Shown here piece after piece: positions 1 to 14,121 of a DNA stretch of 64,000 nt. Below the pieces are notes generated by a model. The model was not told the origin of the DNA. It saw only the letters and a list, made by a program, of their open reading frames with translations, and made no database searches. Position 1 is the first letter of the stretch. Each line of letters opens with the position of its first letter. The DNA is from Octopus bimaculoides (taxonomy: Eukaryota): NCBI RefSeq assembly GCF_001194135.2, contig NC_068986.1, positions 23,700,851-23,764,850 on the forward strand. Direction: 5' to 3'. Both the position numbers and the translations under genes were made by a program.

Positions 1-1274
1 AGGTGGTCTAGCAAAATCATTAACACAACGGACAAATTGGTTAATCGTGTTTCTTCTGGCTTTATTCTTTGAGTTCAACTCCTGCCGAAGTCAAGTTTTT
101 CTTCCGCTTGCGTTAAAATAAATGCCAGTTGAGCTAGTATTTCTTTTATCGATATTGGGCTCGTTGTAGTTAGATATTATCAGACATTGAACATATTGTA
201 AAAAATAATTTTTCCAATATGTTTCTTTTACTGTATAGGCTTTTGTCGTAGCTGTGGATAATTCAAAATTTATATAGACATTTGTTGTTAAGCCGTTTTT
301 GTGAAATACACTTCGCTAAGTTTAATAATGATACACCCAGTGGTATACATAAATCACTCTGCGTTTGTCTGTACGTGCATGTGTGCTGTGTTTGTATGAG
401 CGTAGTGTGTGTGTGTGTGTGTGTGCTGGTGTAATTTCGTGATCCTCAAACGTTTAAGAGCAAAGATACATTAAAAAACAATCTATCTACTGAATATCTT
501 ATGAAGAATATTTGATTTCCATTTTTTGTCGTTCCGTGACAATATTTGCATGAGCTAAAAAGAATATGAAGATCTAGTGAAAAATAAAAAAGGAAATGTG
601 ATATCAGAATTGGTCGAATGCAAGTTATCGAAAATTTACTTGCTTAAAATTTATCAAAAGGTGGAATTAATTCCTCTAAGTAACAATATAAAAATAGATT
701 TTCTTTCGTTACTGTCGAATTTCTATAGGCTTTGACGTTTTATGTTGCACATCATTTCCCTTTTATTTGTACACTTGCTTTTCTCTACGTGTTTCCATGC
801 AGTCGTGTATACATGTATCAATCATGATGTTACTTCAAACAAATCTTATTCTGCTTGATATATCACCCAGCTTCCTTTACTATCTCTGTTTACCAAATAG
901 GACCCACTATATTCCTCTTTGCTTTTTTCAATAATAAACTTGAACTATGGGAAGAAAACATATGAAACAAACTTTTCAACTTCCTGTAAATCTAAATTCA
1001 AACTATTTTTAAATTATTTAAATTACTCGTAGTTTATTCGCATATTTTTGTCATGAAACCCAATATCCTTGTCTCCTGATATTTTTCATGATTTTTTCGA
1101 TTTGCTGAGAGAAAGAGAAAATGGAATCCACGGGACTCTTTATTCATCACAATGACCGTTTCGACCTATTTTGCATCGGTCCCTCGCAGCTGAGATACTG
1201 TACATCTGGTTATGTTGCATTTTTCGGTGCAGATCTTTCTCATCAGGGGAACTTTAAAAAGGTGTCTCACTCAC

Positions 1275-1351
1275 TAAACTCGGCTTCGCTTGGTTCTATT
1301 ATAATGCATGTCATTATTTGCTTGTAGCTGGTTGCCTTCAGGTTCCGTGGG
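1275..1351 (-). CDS. Candidate spliced exon of unknown gene (PTEPEGNQLQANNDMHYNRTKRSRV)
   Basis: Minus strand: acceptor ctcatgtcattccag, 77 nt open in two frames, donor TTA|GTGAGT (or read-through to TAG). No recognised homology. Confidence 0.2.
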
Positions 1352-2375
1352 CTGGAATGACATGAGATGAATACCTTTTTTTATATACCCTTAATACGTC
1401 TACATATAGTTAATCGTAAATATAACACTATTAATAAAAGAATATTTGGTAAGTATACACTTGTTCTCGTAAACATGCGCATAGAGACAAACCGATAGCC
1501 TCGTGGACGGACGGACATGTATCTTCTTGGTTACAGATAAAGATATGTCATTAAACACAACCAAAGATAATACAGTCTTGTTAGAGACAAAGAGACAAAG
1601 AGCAGTGGCACATTCTGGTTATTGAGTAGTATTTGGCGGCTTGACATCTACATTTCGTAAATGCTCCTCTGTGCAGTCAGGTTACAGAATGCTACACACG
1701 ACAGAGCCGGCGTGTTTCGGCAGCCGTTTGATGTTGATATATGAGCTGGCCTGTCAGTACCTGGAGCGCAAGCTTTGTCTGTCTATGTATATCTCGATAC
1801 TAGTGTCCACATGCATGTATACCTATGTATACACACACACACACATACACGCACACACGCACACACATACACACACATACATACATACATACGTACATTA
1901 CATTCCTATATATACACACCCGCGTATGTTCTCTAAGGCACAGACATAAATACGAACATGCACACAATCCCGTACTAACAACCAGAGCTAGGTCGGACAC
2001 ACAGACACATTCCCACACGAATAGATTACGTTATGTTCCTTGTCTGGGTTAATAATATATGCGGATGCATAGGAGGGATACAATGGAATACAATATGTAT
2101 ATCAATAATACAACATTAACTTCAATAACGCAGCATAAGGATGTCAATAATACGGTATACATCTTGCTTATGAAATTATTGCAAGACGAGTTTATGGATA
2201 TTAACTGAATAAATAGTCCATAACATGTTGCTCAGGCAATAATGGCATGGGCAGTAGTTACGTATTAATTGAATAAACAGTCCATAGCATATAAAAATGC
2301 ACTACAGTCTGATTTGCATATATTCAATATTCCAGAGAGTACCTTGATGTTCAGTTCATCGCCAAGGGAAACAAT

Positions 2376-2594
2376 GGCGGCGAGCTGGCCGAACCGTTAG
2401 CATTCCGGGCAAAATGTGTATCGATATTTCGTCAGTCCTTATGCTCTGAGTTCAAATTCCAGCGAGGTCTATTCTGCCTTTCCTCCTTTCGGGGTTGATA
2501 AAATATGTACCAGTTTAACACCGGGGTGGGGTGGGGGGTAATCGACTATTCCCCTCCCCATAAATTTCAGGCCTTTTGCCTAGAGTAGAAAGGA
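2376..2594 (+). mobile_element. tRNA-derived SINE, group A (GGCGGCGAGCTGG head), diverged
   Basis: Matches copies at 13411, 15362, 39583, 47755 and 54420; B-box-like GAGTTCAAATTCC and shared tail ending gcctagagtagaaagg. Confidence 0.85.
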
Positions 2595-2789
2595 TTCTCA
2601 TAGTTCAGGAAACATTATTTAGAGACATTCACAAGGACATGCATGGCAGTGTACAAAAAGATACTATTTCCACTTTATATATATATATATCAGGAAGTAC
2701 TGTCATTGTGCCAAGTAGGTCATAATCTTGAACACCAACCGTATCTTACGACTTGAGTCATATATCACAAAACTCGTACGACAATATCT

Positions 2790-3540
2790 TGACTTAGTTT
2801 AAGCACACTGGAATATTAGTTCGTCTATCTTTTGGGAGTCAGTGTAGGTTTGACATGATATGAATGGCGCTTGTGTGCGGAAGATGAAGCAAGAAAAAAG
2901 CTTGATAATTGCATAGGAGTGGGTGTCATTGACAACAAGCAAGACTTGTGGATGGATGAGTCTCTGTAATGACGAAACTTGGCGAACACCAGTAATAATA
3001 GTGTTGGTTTGAGAAATCTCCCTCATTATGTGTTGCATATCTAACAAACTACCAATAATCGATAGTCGGGCAGTTTGGTTAGGAAATTAATGTGCTAGAC
3101 TCAGTCGAATACTCTGTTGTTCAGTGATAGAAAAATTATTTCATTAGATTTTAGTATACAAACTCCGTACTGGAGGCATTCACATGGAAAATAGATCGAA
3201 AGTGTTGGAAAAGGATGTTATCAAATCTGTCTCAGTTACTTTTAAGATGCGGAAGATGGACGTCAGAGGACGATAGTTAGCAAGCCGCAGGGTTTTGCTT
3301 TTCTTGAAAATGATAAACACGATTAGGATAGGATATAGTTTTGTGTGAGGGAAAGATTGAATTTAGAGAGAATGGGAACTAGTTCGAGGGAGCATTGCAT
3401 GTAGCTTATATAATGGATATTGTTAGTGCTGGTGGCATTAGTGGTTTGAAGAGACCAGAGTTGTTTTCGCACTGGACTTGTATATGTAGTTAATAATAAA
3501 TTTGGCAATTAGAAAAAGGATAATTCTTGAGGATATTTAC
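2790..3540 (-). mobile_element. Decayed CR1/L2/Jockey-type LINE reverse transcriptase fragment
   Basis: Minus-strand translation with frameshifts gives IFKKSKTLRLANYRPLTS (cf. NYRPISL), QYGV (cf. QYGF), LLDMQH (cf. FLDxxKAFD) and GVRQVSSL (cf. GVPQGSxL) in correct order. Confidence 0.7.
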
Positions 3541-4381
3541 CAATTGTATTCAATGTAGCATTTAATGCAAAGCGGGGAAAATATTTTGGGGACATTTTCT
3601 CTGAATGTAGTGCTTTCTCAACAATAATTATTAAGATGTTGACGTTGCAAAAATGGAAAGGATCCTTTCTGATAATGGGTCAAAATAATCGACTGTAGTG
3701 CGGGAGGTTGGGGGTGCTTGCGGGCTGTGCGATGCACGGAGGTATTCCTGAAATGATTAAAAACAACCAGCTACATTTGATAGCGATATAGAAAAGAAAG
3801 CCTCCGTCAATACTGTGCCAGACATTGCTTTCGAATGCTTCTGGTATAACCTGATATGATCTTAGCAAGCGTGAAGTGAGGAAAATAATATCGTAGATAT
3901 ACATACGCTGGTCTTCTAACGAATGTATTATACTTGCAGATTAAAATATGAACTAAAAATATTAAAATGAAAAACAAATGCAAAACATCAAACAGTATAA
4001 TCACGTAATGCTTAAAAGACATATTGCTTTCGAAGTATCATTGTTTTACTTTTCTCTTTGTCAACGTATTCGACAAATTCTAATCTTTCCGTCACCTTCC
4101 AAAATGATTTGGCGAACTTTCAGATTCTCACTGAAAATAGTATCAAACTGATAAGATTTCAGCATTCTTTTATTTGATATGCTTTTAGTTTTATTGTTAA
4201 TTTGTATTATGGTGCTGTAGGAATTCCATTATTATTTTTATTTATTTATGTCTACTGGAATGAAAATATTTACATCGTGTGAATATCTAACCGAACAATC
4301 AATGACTTATTATCTTCAGATTTATCTGTCTATCTCTTCTTTTGTCTTTCTGTAACTTTGTACGTACCTACCCCCGTACAT

Positions 4382-4441
<60 letters not shown>

Positions 4442-6441
4442 TATATGTGTGTGTGCTGCGAATGTATATATTCTTTTTAAATCTTTCTTTCACTCTCATT
4501 CACGCACACAAATGAAATGGATCTCCGTCAGTTTCCACGATATGCATCCACTTTCTCCGATCAAGCGTTCTATCAATTAACGTGCAACCGGTTGAGTATT
4601 CCACAAACATGTTTCTTCTCTCACTTAAGCCTAACACAAAAGCAATACGGCGCAATATATGATGAAGTTGGACTTTCGAATTCTATTCACAATCCCCCTG
4701 ACTGGTTACTACACTTTTCGTCTACGTATTTCTGCTTTTTAAGTCTTGGCTTGGCCCGAGCCTACGTTAAAACATGCTTACTAATAACCTACACAGTGAG
4801 ATCGAACTTGTGATATCTTTTTCGCAAAGCAACGTGCTTAACGTTTCAGCCACCTGACGTTCAAACAACTGCCATGAGACGGTTAAATGGAAAGGAGGTT
4901 GCATCAACAGTAAGCTATTGTTTTATTTATTTATCGTGAAGGGATAAAGGACAAAATTGAATCTGGCGGGATTTGATCTTGAAACACAAAGATCCTGAAC
5001 CAATGTCAGACTATCAACGTATTCTCCCTGATACCCTAATAACTTCGCTAATCATATCAACAAATCCATTAGCATGATTAGCTGACCTGATGGTCAGATG
5101 CAAAAGAATTTACCTTCTGATGACAGGCTTTATTAATCTTTTATTTCCCAGAAAATTTCCTCAATTCGGCTTTCTATTCAACTTATATTCTGTGAACCCT
5201 GGTGTATTCTAAGCCCTCCTTCTGTAAAATTAGGATTATCTATCTATTCCTGTTAAACACACCACACACGCGCATACATAAACATTCACATAGACGAACA
5301 CACACAGATAGATATACACATGCACAGCTATACAGGAGTGCTCAGCTGTGCGCATAGTACTATGTCCCGCACGGTCTCCATATGTGATCAATTTACAGTT
5401 AAAACTATAAAGCGAACAACAAAGTCCTGAGTTTCTCGTGTTTTAGGACTCATGATGCAGGTTATCTGGTTTCCATGACGTATATGCAGACAATCATCAT
5501 AGCAATACACCTGAACAGGACGCAGGTCCGTTGCAGTTTCAAGACAAGTAATTTTGATGGGAGCGAACACATTAGTTGACTCAGTATTTGATGGATACTT
5601 TATTTATTTCATTGACCACTAAGGGATTAAAAGCAAACTTCAAAGTCATTGGAACTCAGAATGTAAAGACCTGTAAGAAATACCGCTCGGCATTTTGTAA
5701 AGTGCTGAAAATCCTGCCATCATGCTCACCTAAGCCCAGCCATAATAATTCTGTCCTTGGGCCCAAATCAGGTATCAGCATTACAGACTGAGTTTGAAAG
5801 AATATGGTAAAAGCTTCCAGATAGATGATTAAATAACGTACCACATGGTATACAGTTAAGTTCTTTTTTAATAATCTAAGATCAACTCTAAAACATTGTT
5901 GCAAGTTTCATAAAAGAATACCAGTAATAAAATGAGGTGAATTCAGTTTCATATAACCTTAATGCTTCTCCTGTGTGCCGGTGTAAGAAATCGATCTATA
6001 GATAGATCACTAGATAAAACAATTGAAGGGTGTATATAAGGCAGTAACACTCGACATCCAGACAACCCCACACAGACACGCAAACACAGACACGCACAGA
6101 CACACGCAGACACACTCATACACATACATGCATATATACATTGATGCATACTTATATATGCATATATATATATATANNNNNNNNNNNNNNNNNNNNNNNN
6201 NNNNNNNNNNNNNNNNNNNNNNNNNNNNNNNNNNNNNNNNNNNNNNNNNNNNNNNNNNNNNNNNNNNNNNNNNNNNNNNNNNNNNNNNNNNNNNNNNNNN
6301 NNNNNNNNNNNNNNNNNNNNNNNNNNNNNNNNNNNNNNNNNNNNNNNNNNNNNNNNNNNNNNNNNNNNATATATATAAGCGCAAGGAGGTACATGTTAAC
6401 TTGTGGAAGATTCAATCAATGCGTATATATGCATAAATATG

Positions 6442-6487
<46 letters not shown>

Positions 6488-7658
6488 TGTATGTACATAA
6501 CAATAGGAAAGTAGAAATCGATTGACAGGTAATAGATATATTGCTGGTTAGATAAATAGACAGACAGTTAGATAGATAGCAAGGCGCATGTAAAAGTAGA
6601 ATAGTTCGATAATTATATCTAAAGAGATAGAAATAAGAAATAATAGAACGATTGAGAGATAGGTAAGTAGGTAGATATATAAGCATCTAGATAGGTAGGT
6701 AGATGAATGGATCCTAAGACACGATGCATATATGAATACGTAATGCTACGAAATTTCAAAAGGAAAACGCATGAATGATGAGAGCAGTTGCTGTTATTGC
6801 TGTGTAAATCTTTATAGCGATTGAGTTGAATGTTATTTGCAATAGCCATTATTTGACAAGTAGTCGGTGAAGAGAAATTTACGATGATGAAAATATGCTT
6901 AATATTAATAATTGAAGAATAACACAGAATATTCCTTTTCAAAGAGCGATTAATACGGTTTTTGGAGAACAAAGGAAACTTCCGAGAAATCGTATTTCGT
7001 CCACGTTATTGAAATTTTCTTCATGTATCGCTTTGTATATTTGCCTTTATGCAAAGGCCTACATGCGTATAAGTGAACATTTGCACTCCCTACATTATAT
7101 ATGTATGCATTTATATAACACACACACACATACACATATATACATAGATAGATGGGTCGTTAAGTAGACAGATAGATAGACAGATATATATGCGCTTGCC
7201 TATCTGTGTGTATGTATATGTGGATGTTTAACATTTGCATGAGTGTTCCTTAAGCTCTCCTTGTTTGACTTATAAAATCAATGAAAATTCCTATTGTCAT
7301 TTAAATATTCATTTCTGTAAAGTTTCGCCACCTTAAAACTTTTCAAATTAATGGAGGAATAAAGGAATAATGTCTTCGGCATGATGGGAGTAAGATTATA
7401 TATATATATATATATATATNNNNNNNNNNNNNNNNNNNNNNNNNNNNNNNNNNNNNNNNNNNNNNNNNNNNNNNNNNNNNNNNNNNNNNNNNNNNNNNNN
7501 NNNNNNNNNNNNNNNNNNNNNNNNNNNNNNNNNNNNNNNNNNNNNNNNNNNNNNNNNNNNNNNNNNNNNNNNNNNNNNNNNNNNNNNNNNNNNNNNNNNN
7601 NNNNNNNNNNNNNNNNNNNNNNNNNNNNNNNNNNNNNNNNNNNNNNNNNNNNNNNNNN

Positions 7659-7717
<59 letters not shown>

Positions 7718-8249
7718 AATATGGTATATATAATGGAGGAAGGAACAAAATATAAATAATTGCTTATGCTATTACAATTCAGAATCTATATAATTTCTAG
7801 AACTCTCCAAGATAATTTATTGTATTAATTTAAAATAATCATCCCCAAATATTTAATAATGAGGCACATCTATTTGGATGATAAAGGAGTTGAATGAAGA
7901 GAGATATAAGTAAAATCACGTGTTTTCTATGTATTATTATAATAGAATATATATGGTGGAGGAGATTAAATGGCGAAAACATTCCTTTCAATAAATGTAT
8001 CTGACCAAAGAAAGGATATTTTAAATTTGGGTGGGATTTTACTTGCTGCGTGCGATGGATAAGGGATTCTCTATCCCTTTTGCATGCCTACCTAAACATC
8101 TGAGATTAATTGTATTAATGTTAGTCAACGCCTCTGTGAATGTACCAATGCATACAAAAATCTAATAATATAGCTACTGTTGAAGTTGCTACTGGTCCTT
8201 TGTTATCTAACGCATATTTATCAAGGTTTATCATTCGGTACGTTGGAAA

Positions 8250-8470
8250 TAGTGGTTTAAAGGTTAGGGTATTGGTCTCATGCTCGTAAGATTGTAGTTT
8301 CGATTCCTGGACCGAGTAACACCTTGAGTCCTAAAGCAAGACACATGCCTTAACGTTGCACGAGTCCACTTAGCTGGCAAAAATGAGTAACCTTGCGACG
8401 GATGAGCTTCCAATCCAGGTGGGGAATATACACGCCATGGAAACCGGGAAACCGGCCGTAAGGGACTACA
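8250..8470 (+). mobile_element. tRNA-derived SINE with central box and CGCCATGGAAACCGGGAAACCGG tail
   Basis: Head GTTTCGATTCCTGGACCG; tail shared with 13131-13350 (-) and 52301-52600 (+). Confidence 0.75.
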
Positions 8471-9048
8471 TGATTTGGGAAATTTCCATGTTGGCAAGAA
8501 AACTGAGCAAGTTAATAAACCCCGCTTAACAGAGAATTTGAATTACATTTGCTAAATCCAGACAACTTTACTGAAATATATATATATATATATATATATT
8601 ACTGGTGAAGGCCGGTTTATATAGGTTACCTTGGGTTTCTCGCCATAAAGCGTACTTTTATGGCGTAAATTGAGATCCTAAGACCTGTTGGCCTATGACC
8701 TCTTTAAAATATGGAGCGGGAAATAAACAATGGGAATTATCTCCCTTTGCTGATTGCCATCGGCTTTCGGCTGTGTCGTCCTCCTTCAGCTACGCCAACT
8801 GTCGACTATGAGGTGAAAAGTTAGAGGGTCATCTGTCACTCTCATCAGCAATCAATTTCCAGCTGTGGTGTAATTATCACTCATGCAACTGTTATCACTA
8901 TTATGCGGTTCCCAAAATGCTAACAGGAATCTCCTGAAATGCAAGCAGAGCTCGAAAATCTCCGTTCTGGAGTTCAGCATGATTCTTGGTACGTGCGTAT
9001 TTTTCAGGATTTCCATGCGTTCGGCTACGCATATATATATATATATAT

Positions 9049-9115
<67 letters not shown>

Positions 9116-9428
9116 TGTGAGTGAGTAAGTGAGTGAGTGAGTGAGTGAACATTATAGCATCTCGTTTCCAAATTTCTAGCTGAGTGTAGAGCTTCACGGT
9201 GCTGTTTTTTCTCACAGACAGTGCCCAACTGACACTACTATATTGTGTAGTAAAAAAAAATCATAAAGATGCAATGCGCCTGCGCGAAATTAAAAGTATA
9301 AAATGGTGACAATTTACTCCTCGCACACCGTATATATAGACACACACACACACATACATACATACAAACATACATACATATGCATATATATATATATATA
9401 CATACACACACTCGCGCTCACACATGAA

Positions 9429-9697
9429 GGCGCATGGCTCAGTGATGAGAGCTTCTTAAACAAGAAACTATTTCACGTTACCTTAGTCCAGTTCATTCTG
9501 CTGTAGAAATGAGTTGCGACGTTACTGGTGCCAAGGTGTATCGGCTTTTGTCTTTCGCTTCGATAACCTCATTGGACTGGAGAGGGGAAGGCTGGTATGC
9601 ATGGACGACTGTTACATCTTCCATAAAGGACCTTGCCCGGACTTGTGCCTCAGAGGAGAACTGTCTAGGTGCAATCTCATGGTCATTCATAACCGAA
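9429..9697 (+). mobile_element. SINE with partly deleted head, central box and distinct 3' tail
   Basis: TATTTCACGTT...CCAGTTCA...GCTGTAGA shared with 60632-60755; explains ORF-track entries 9493, 9509 and 9514. Confidence 0.7.
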
Positions 9698-9737
9698 CAT
9701 ATATGTATGTATGTAAGTATGTATGTATGTATGTATG

Positions 9738-9784
<47 letters not shown>

Positions 9785-10208
9785 GTGTATATANNNNNNN
9801 NNNNNNNNNNNNNNNNNNNNNNNNNNNNNNNNNNNNNNNNNNNNNNNNNNNNNNNNNNNNNNNNNNNNNNNNNNNNNNNNNNNNNNNNNNNNNNNNNNNN
9901 NNNNNNNNNNNNNNNNNNNNNNNNNNNNNNNNNNNNNNNNNNNNNNNNNNNNNNNNNNNNNNNNNNNNNNNNNNNNNNNNNNNNNNNNNNNNNNNNNNNN
10001 NNNNNNNNNNNNNNNNNNNNNNNNNNNNNNNNNNNNNNNNNNNNNNNNNNNNNNNNNNNNNNNNNNNNNNNNNNNNNNNNNNNNNNNNNNNNNNNNNNNN
10101 NNNNNNNNNNNNNNNNNNNNNNNNNNNNNNNNNNNNNNNNNCGTCGGTCGGATCAACTGGAACCCTCGACGTCGTAAGCGACCGAGTGCCAACTATAATT
10201 AAAATAAT

Positions 10209-10566
10209 GGAGGCGGAATGGCCCAGTGGACTCGCGGTCATAGGATCGCGGTTTCGATTCCCAAACCGGGCGTTGTGAGTGTTTATTGAGCGAAAACACC
10301 TAAAGTTCCACAAGGCTCCGGCGGGGGATGGTGGCGAACCCTGCTGTACTCTTTCACCACAACTTTCTCTTTCTTCCTGCTTCTGTTGTGCTTGTAATTC
10401 AAAGAGTCAGCCTTGTCACACTGTGTCACGCTGAATATCCCCGAAAACTACGTTAAGAGTACACGTGTCTGTGAAGTACTCAGCCACTTGCACGTTAATT
10501 TCACGAGCAGGCTGTTCCGTCGGTCGGATCAACTGGAACCCTCGACGTCGTAAGCGACCGAGTGCC
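10209..10566 (+). mobile_element. Full-length SINE, group B (GGAGGCGxAATGGCCCAGTGG head)
   Basis: Colinear with 53518-53899; flanked by the 16-bp direct repeat aactataattaaaata (10191-10206, 10567-10582). Confidence 0.9.
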
Positions 10567-10638
10567 AACTATAATTAAAATAGAGGGCGCATATTGCGTC
10601 TACTTGCTGGAAAGAATCCACCAAATTACGCTGAAATA

Positions 10639-10875
10639 CAAAGGCTGGCCCAAAAGTAGGTTTACAGTTATTCAACTACCCCTTTCGCATTGATTATTAA
10701 CAGTTTAGATCTTAATTAAAAAACAAATATGAAACGATTATTCTATGCTAATTTAGCTAATTTTGTCAAGCTCCGTTTTCAGTTTGTAAGATAGAGTATT
10801 AGATGTAATAAAATGTTTTAGAAGAAATTTAGAGAGCCTACGTGATATCTGTAAACCTACTTTTGGGCCACAGAC
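10639..10875. mobile_element. Tc1/mariner-type MITE (~237 bp)
   Basis: Inverted termini sharing GGCCCAAAAGTAGGTTTACAG (10639-10667, 10849-10875), TA on both flanks, AT-rich non-coding interior. Confidence 0.75.
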
Positions 10876-11266
10876 TAAGCTATGCGCCTTGTGTTGCATT
10901 TATACTTAATTATAATTATAAATTTCATTGCTAACAACCACTTATATTTTTGTTGTTATTATTATTATCGGTTATTTAAATTTACCGTCGATAATAATAA
11001 CAATAAAAATATCTTGATAACCATATATTGATAACCATTAGAATATTTACTTATATATGTATTATACACTGAAGTCGTTATTGAATTTGCGCGGGACAGT
11101 TCAGTAGCGACACAGTCTCCAACGAGGTCAGCTCGTTTCCCTCATTTGGCAATATTTACTGTGGAGAGTTAAGGCTTTAGCCAGAACTCGAAATCATGAT
11201 ATAAACATATCCATTTCTTCATTCTATAGCTATGGTCTCTGATGATTCTGCGGAATCCTTACTCAC

Positions 11267-11336
11267 TAGCCCGATTTCTATTGATCTGTTGTATATTTCA
11301 GAGTAATTCAGTTGTTTGCTTGAGGCTTTCGCTTCT
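11267..11336 (-). CDS. Candidate spliced exon of unknown gene (EAKASSKQLNYSEIYNRSIEIGL)
   Basis: Minus strand: acceptor ctacttgctggatag, 70 nt, donor CTA|GTGAGT. Overlaps a competing plus-strand candidate (11230-11351). Confidence 0.15.
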
Positions 11337-13073
11337 CTATCCAGCAAGTAGGTATGTTATGCGCGCACTCTATTGTAATTATATATATATATACTTATAA
11401 AACGTGAAATTATTTTAGCCTAGAAGCACAAAGCCTTTTTTTGAAGAAGGAAACTGTGATACAATTTACGAGCGGTGACGCAGCTGCTAGTTTTTAGTCT
11501 GCAATTGTACAATTATAATTTCTCTGTGCTGTTTCTTCCCTGTTTCTATTATACTGCGTTTTAACGGGCAATTAATTCATGTTATGTCGTTGTAATAACA
11601 ACAGCCATGATTCTCGTTTCACTGTCGCTACTACTTCTCGTATGACAAAGATGTGCTTCAATACGAGAGGAGCGTCAGTGTTGGAAAAGATTTGTTCTTT
11701 GTTAATTGAGAATATTACTGACTGCAGGTTTACGACCAATCACATTACTGATAAATGAATCAGCGAAATTGTTTGTAATATTATTTGAAATAATTAATTA
11801 TGCTTTAGGAACATCCTGAGGTGAATGAAAAAAAAATCACACATAGCAAAAATGCTTCTAATCTGTTTAAGCACTAAGTAGCTAGTAACACATTTTTGCT
11901 TTTCGCTTTTCATAAATCGTACCAAGTTGAATTAAATGAAAATTTTAATTTGGTTAATTCTAGAAATCCCAATACGGTGCGTGGACTTTTAAATTAAATT
12001 TATTTCTATGCGTGTAAACAGATATAATTTAATTTAATTTCAAGAAGTTTCACTTTGTCAGTGAAAGTGCTTCTTACATATAACGCACAGCAATGAGAGA
12101 AGTATAGCTTCAAGAGTTACAATCTAATCCATTACGACTTAAATCTTAACGATTCTTAGCGTAGCTCTAGTTTTGAGTCATTGAAATATTGTGTGGGCGA
12201 TTATACTTGTATACGATATACAACCAATCCTGAAGCAAAGCTGACAGGATATATTCAAAGTTGATATTCAACGTATTTCTATAGTGACCAAATTTGCATC
12301 TACTTTTGGCATTCCTTTATGAAAGGGTTTCTTGGTGAAACTTAAATGTATATAAATATTGATAGATATATCAAATTTATATTGCTCTGATTTGGTTCTT
12401 ATTCTAAGATTCTGGTCTTAACTATTTCCTGTTTTGAAAACGCGTACACAAGCAAACATAAAGAACTGAGAACAAAGATGTAGTGAGAAACAATCCAAAA
12501 GAAATACACATAATTATATAGAAGAAAATGTTAGAGGTTTTCTGGTACGTAATCTTCATAAGCAGTTGCCTGTATCAAGGATTTGTTATTCACGCAAATG
12601 TTTGGCGAATGTAGTGTTTACGCGACAGCTTATATTCACATCAATGGACAAAATATTAAACATAGTCATCAACCAGTGTACGACCCAGAATATGGTTGTA
12701 TCTTTTCGTCTGTTGTTCCTAAGTATAAAGATGTTTTTATTGTTGAGGCTTTCTTGAAAACTATACTGTCAAAGCTTAATGCAACAAGATAGTTCTATAC
12801 TCATTGTAATATATTTTCGAATTCTCTTTCTTGAGGAGAAGGGTATGATGTACATGATCATATCAGGTATTGTGTGGTGTCATCAGTGCAAGAGTATTAT
12901 TTTCTCCGTTTCAACCATCGGATTGCGGCCATACTAGTTTGGTACTCATTTTAACCATTTTACTTTACCGGACTTTAAGGTACAAGGGTGTAAACAAACC
13001 ACTACCGATTATCAATCATAGAGGCAAACATACACATAGATAAAAACATACAAATACACACATACACACTCAC

Positions 13074-13077
<4 letters not shown>

Positions 13078-13127
<50 letters not shown>

Positions 13128-13128
13128 A
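13078..13128. repeat. (TATC)n microsatellite
   Basis: Visible tandem array. Confidence 0.95.
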
Positions 13129-13130
13129 AC

Positions 13131-13350
13131 TGCGCCCTTTTTAAAGCCTAGCCAGGCACATGGGCCCAGTTTCCCGGTTTCTATGGCGTATGTGTTCCCC
13201 AACTGGACGGGACGCCAGTCCATCGCAGCGTTACTCATTTTTGACAGCTGAGTGAACTGGAGCAACGAGAAATGATGTGTTTTGCTCAAGAATACAATGC
13301 ATCGCCCGGTCCAGGTATCGAAACCACAATCTTACGATCATGATGCTGAC
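13131..13350 (-). mobile_element. SINE, same tail group as 8250 and 52301
   Basis: Reverse complement contains GGTTTCGATACCTGGACCGGG head, central box and CGCCATAGAAACCGGGAAAC tail. Confidence 0.85.
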
Positions 13351-13361
13351 ANNNNNNNNNN

Positions 13362-13401
<40 letters not shown>

Positions 13402-13410
13402 TGATGGTTA

Positions 13411-13612
13411 AGCGACGAGCTGGTAGTATAGTTAGCACGCTGGACGAAGTGCTTAGCGTCATTTCGCCCGTCGCTACGTTCTGATTTCAAATTCTGCCGA
13501 GGTCGACTTTGCATTTCATCCTCTCGGGGGTCGATGAAATAAATAACAGTTACGCACTGGAGTCGATAAAATCTACTATCTCCTGGCCCAAAATTTCTGA
13601 CTTTGTGCCTAT
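13411..13612 (+). mobile_element. SINE group A
   Basis: Shared TTCAAATTCTGCCGAGGTCGACTTTGC...TCGGGGGTCGATGAAAT block. Confidence 0.85.
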
Positions 13613-14074
13613 AGTAGATATGTATATATATGACAATCTTCCTGTTGTCTCCTTATACCAAATTCACTCACAAGTTATTGACCACTTCGGGACTATAGTG
13701 AAGGACATTTGCTGAAGGTATCGCACTCTGTGATTGAACACGGTACTAGGATGTAGTGTGTTGCTAGTACATTTTAGAACAAATTAATTTATTGAAAGTT
13801 CAAAATATCAAGTCGATTTTATTTGAAGATACTAGAAACTAGTTAGATACTAAGGTGACCTAAAGTTAATGTGGACCCACTGCAAATACCGTCTCCAAAT
13901 GCTCTTATTAGAATATGCCCTCTTATCAACCCAATATTCGATTATCAATAATTGGTTTTGGAGATAGTAATGTATAGCAGTTAATTAGTTAAGCTTCATG
14001 TATTCACTTGCAAAAATTTAGTAAACTTACATTTTCATGCTTGACAGAATATTTTTATTTATATATTTATTTGC

Positions 14075-14121
<47 letters not shown>

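Noticed and set aside
9493-9700. Exon-like segment with AG/GT sites and open frames on both strands
   Set aside because: Lies within a SINE whose central box recurs at 60632-60755.
12559-12792. Possible terminal exon ORF (GQNIKHSHQPVYDPEYGCIF...)
   Set aside because: No recognisable homology, weak acceptor and no in-phase partner exon; cannot be supported.
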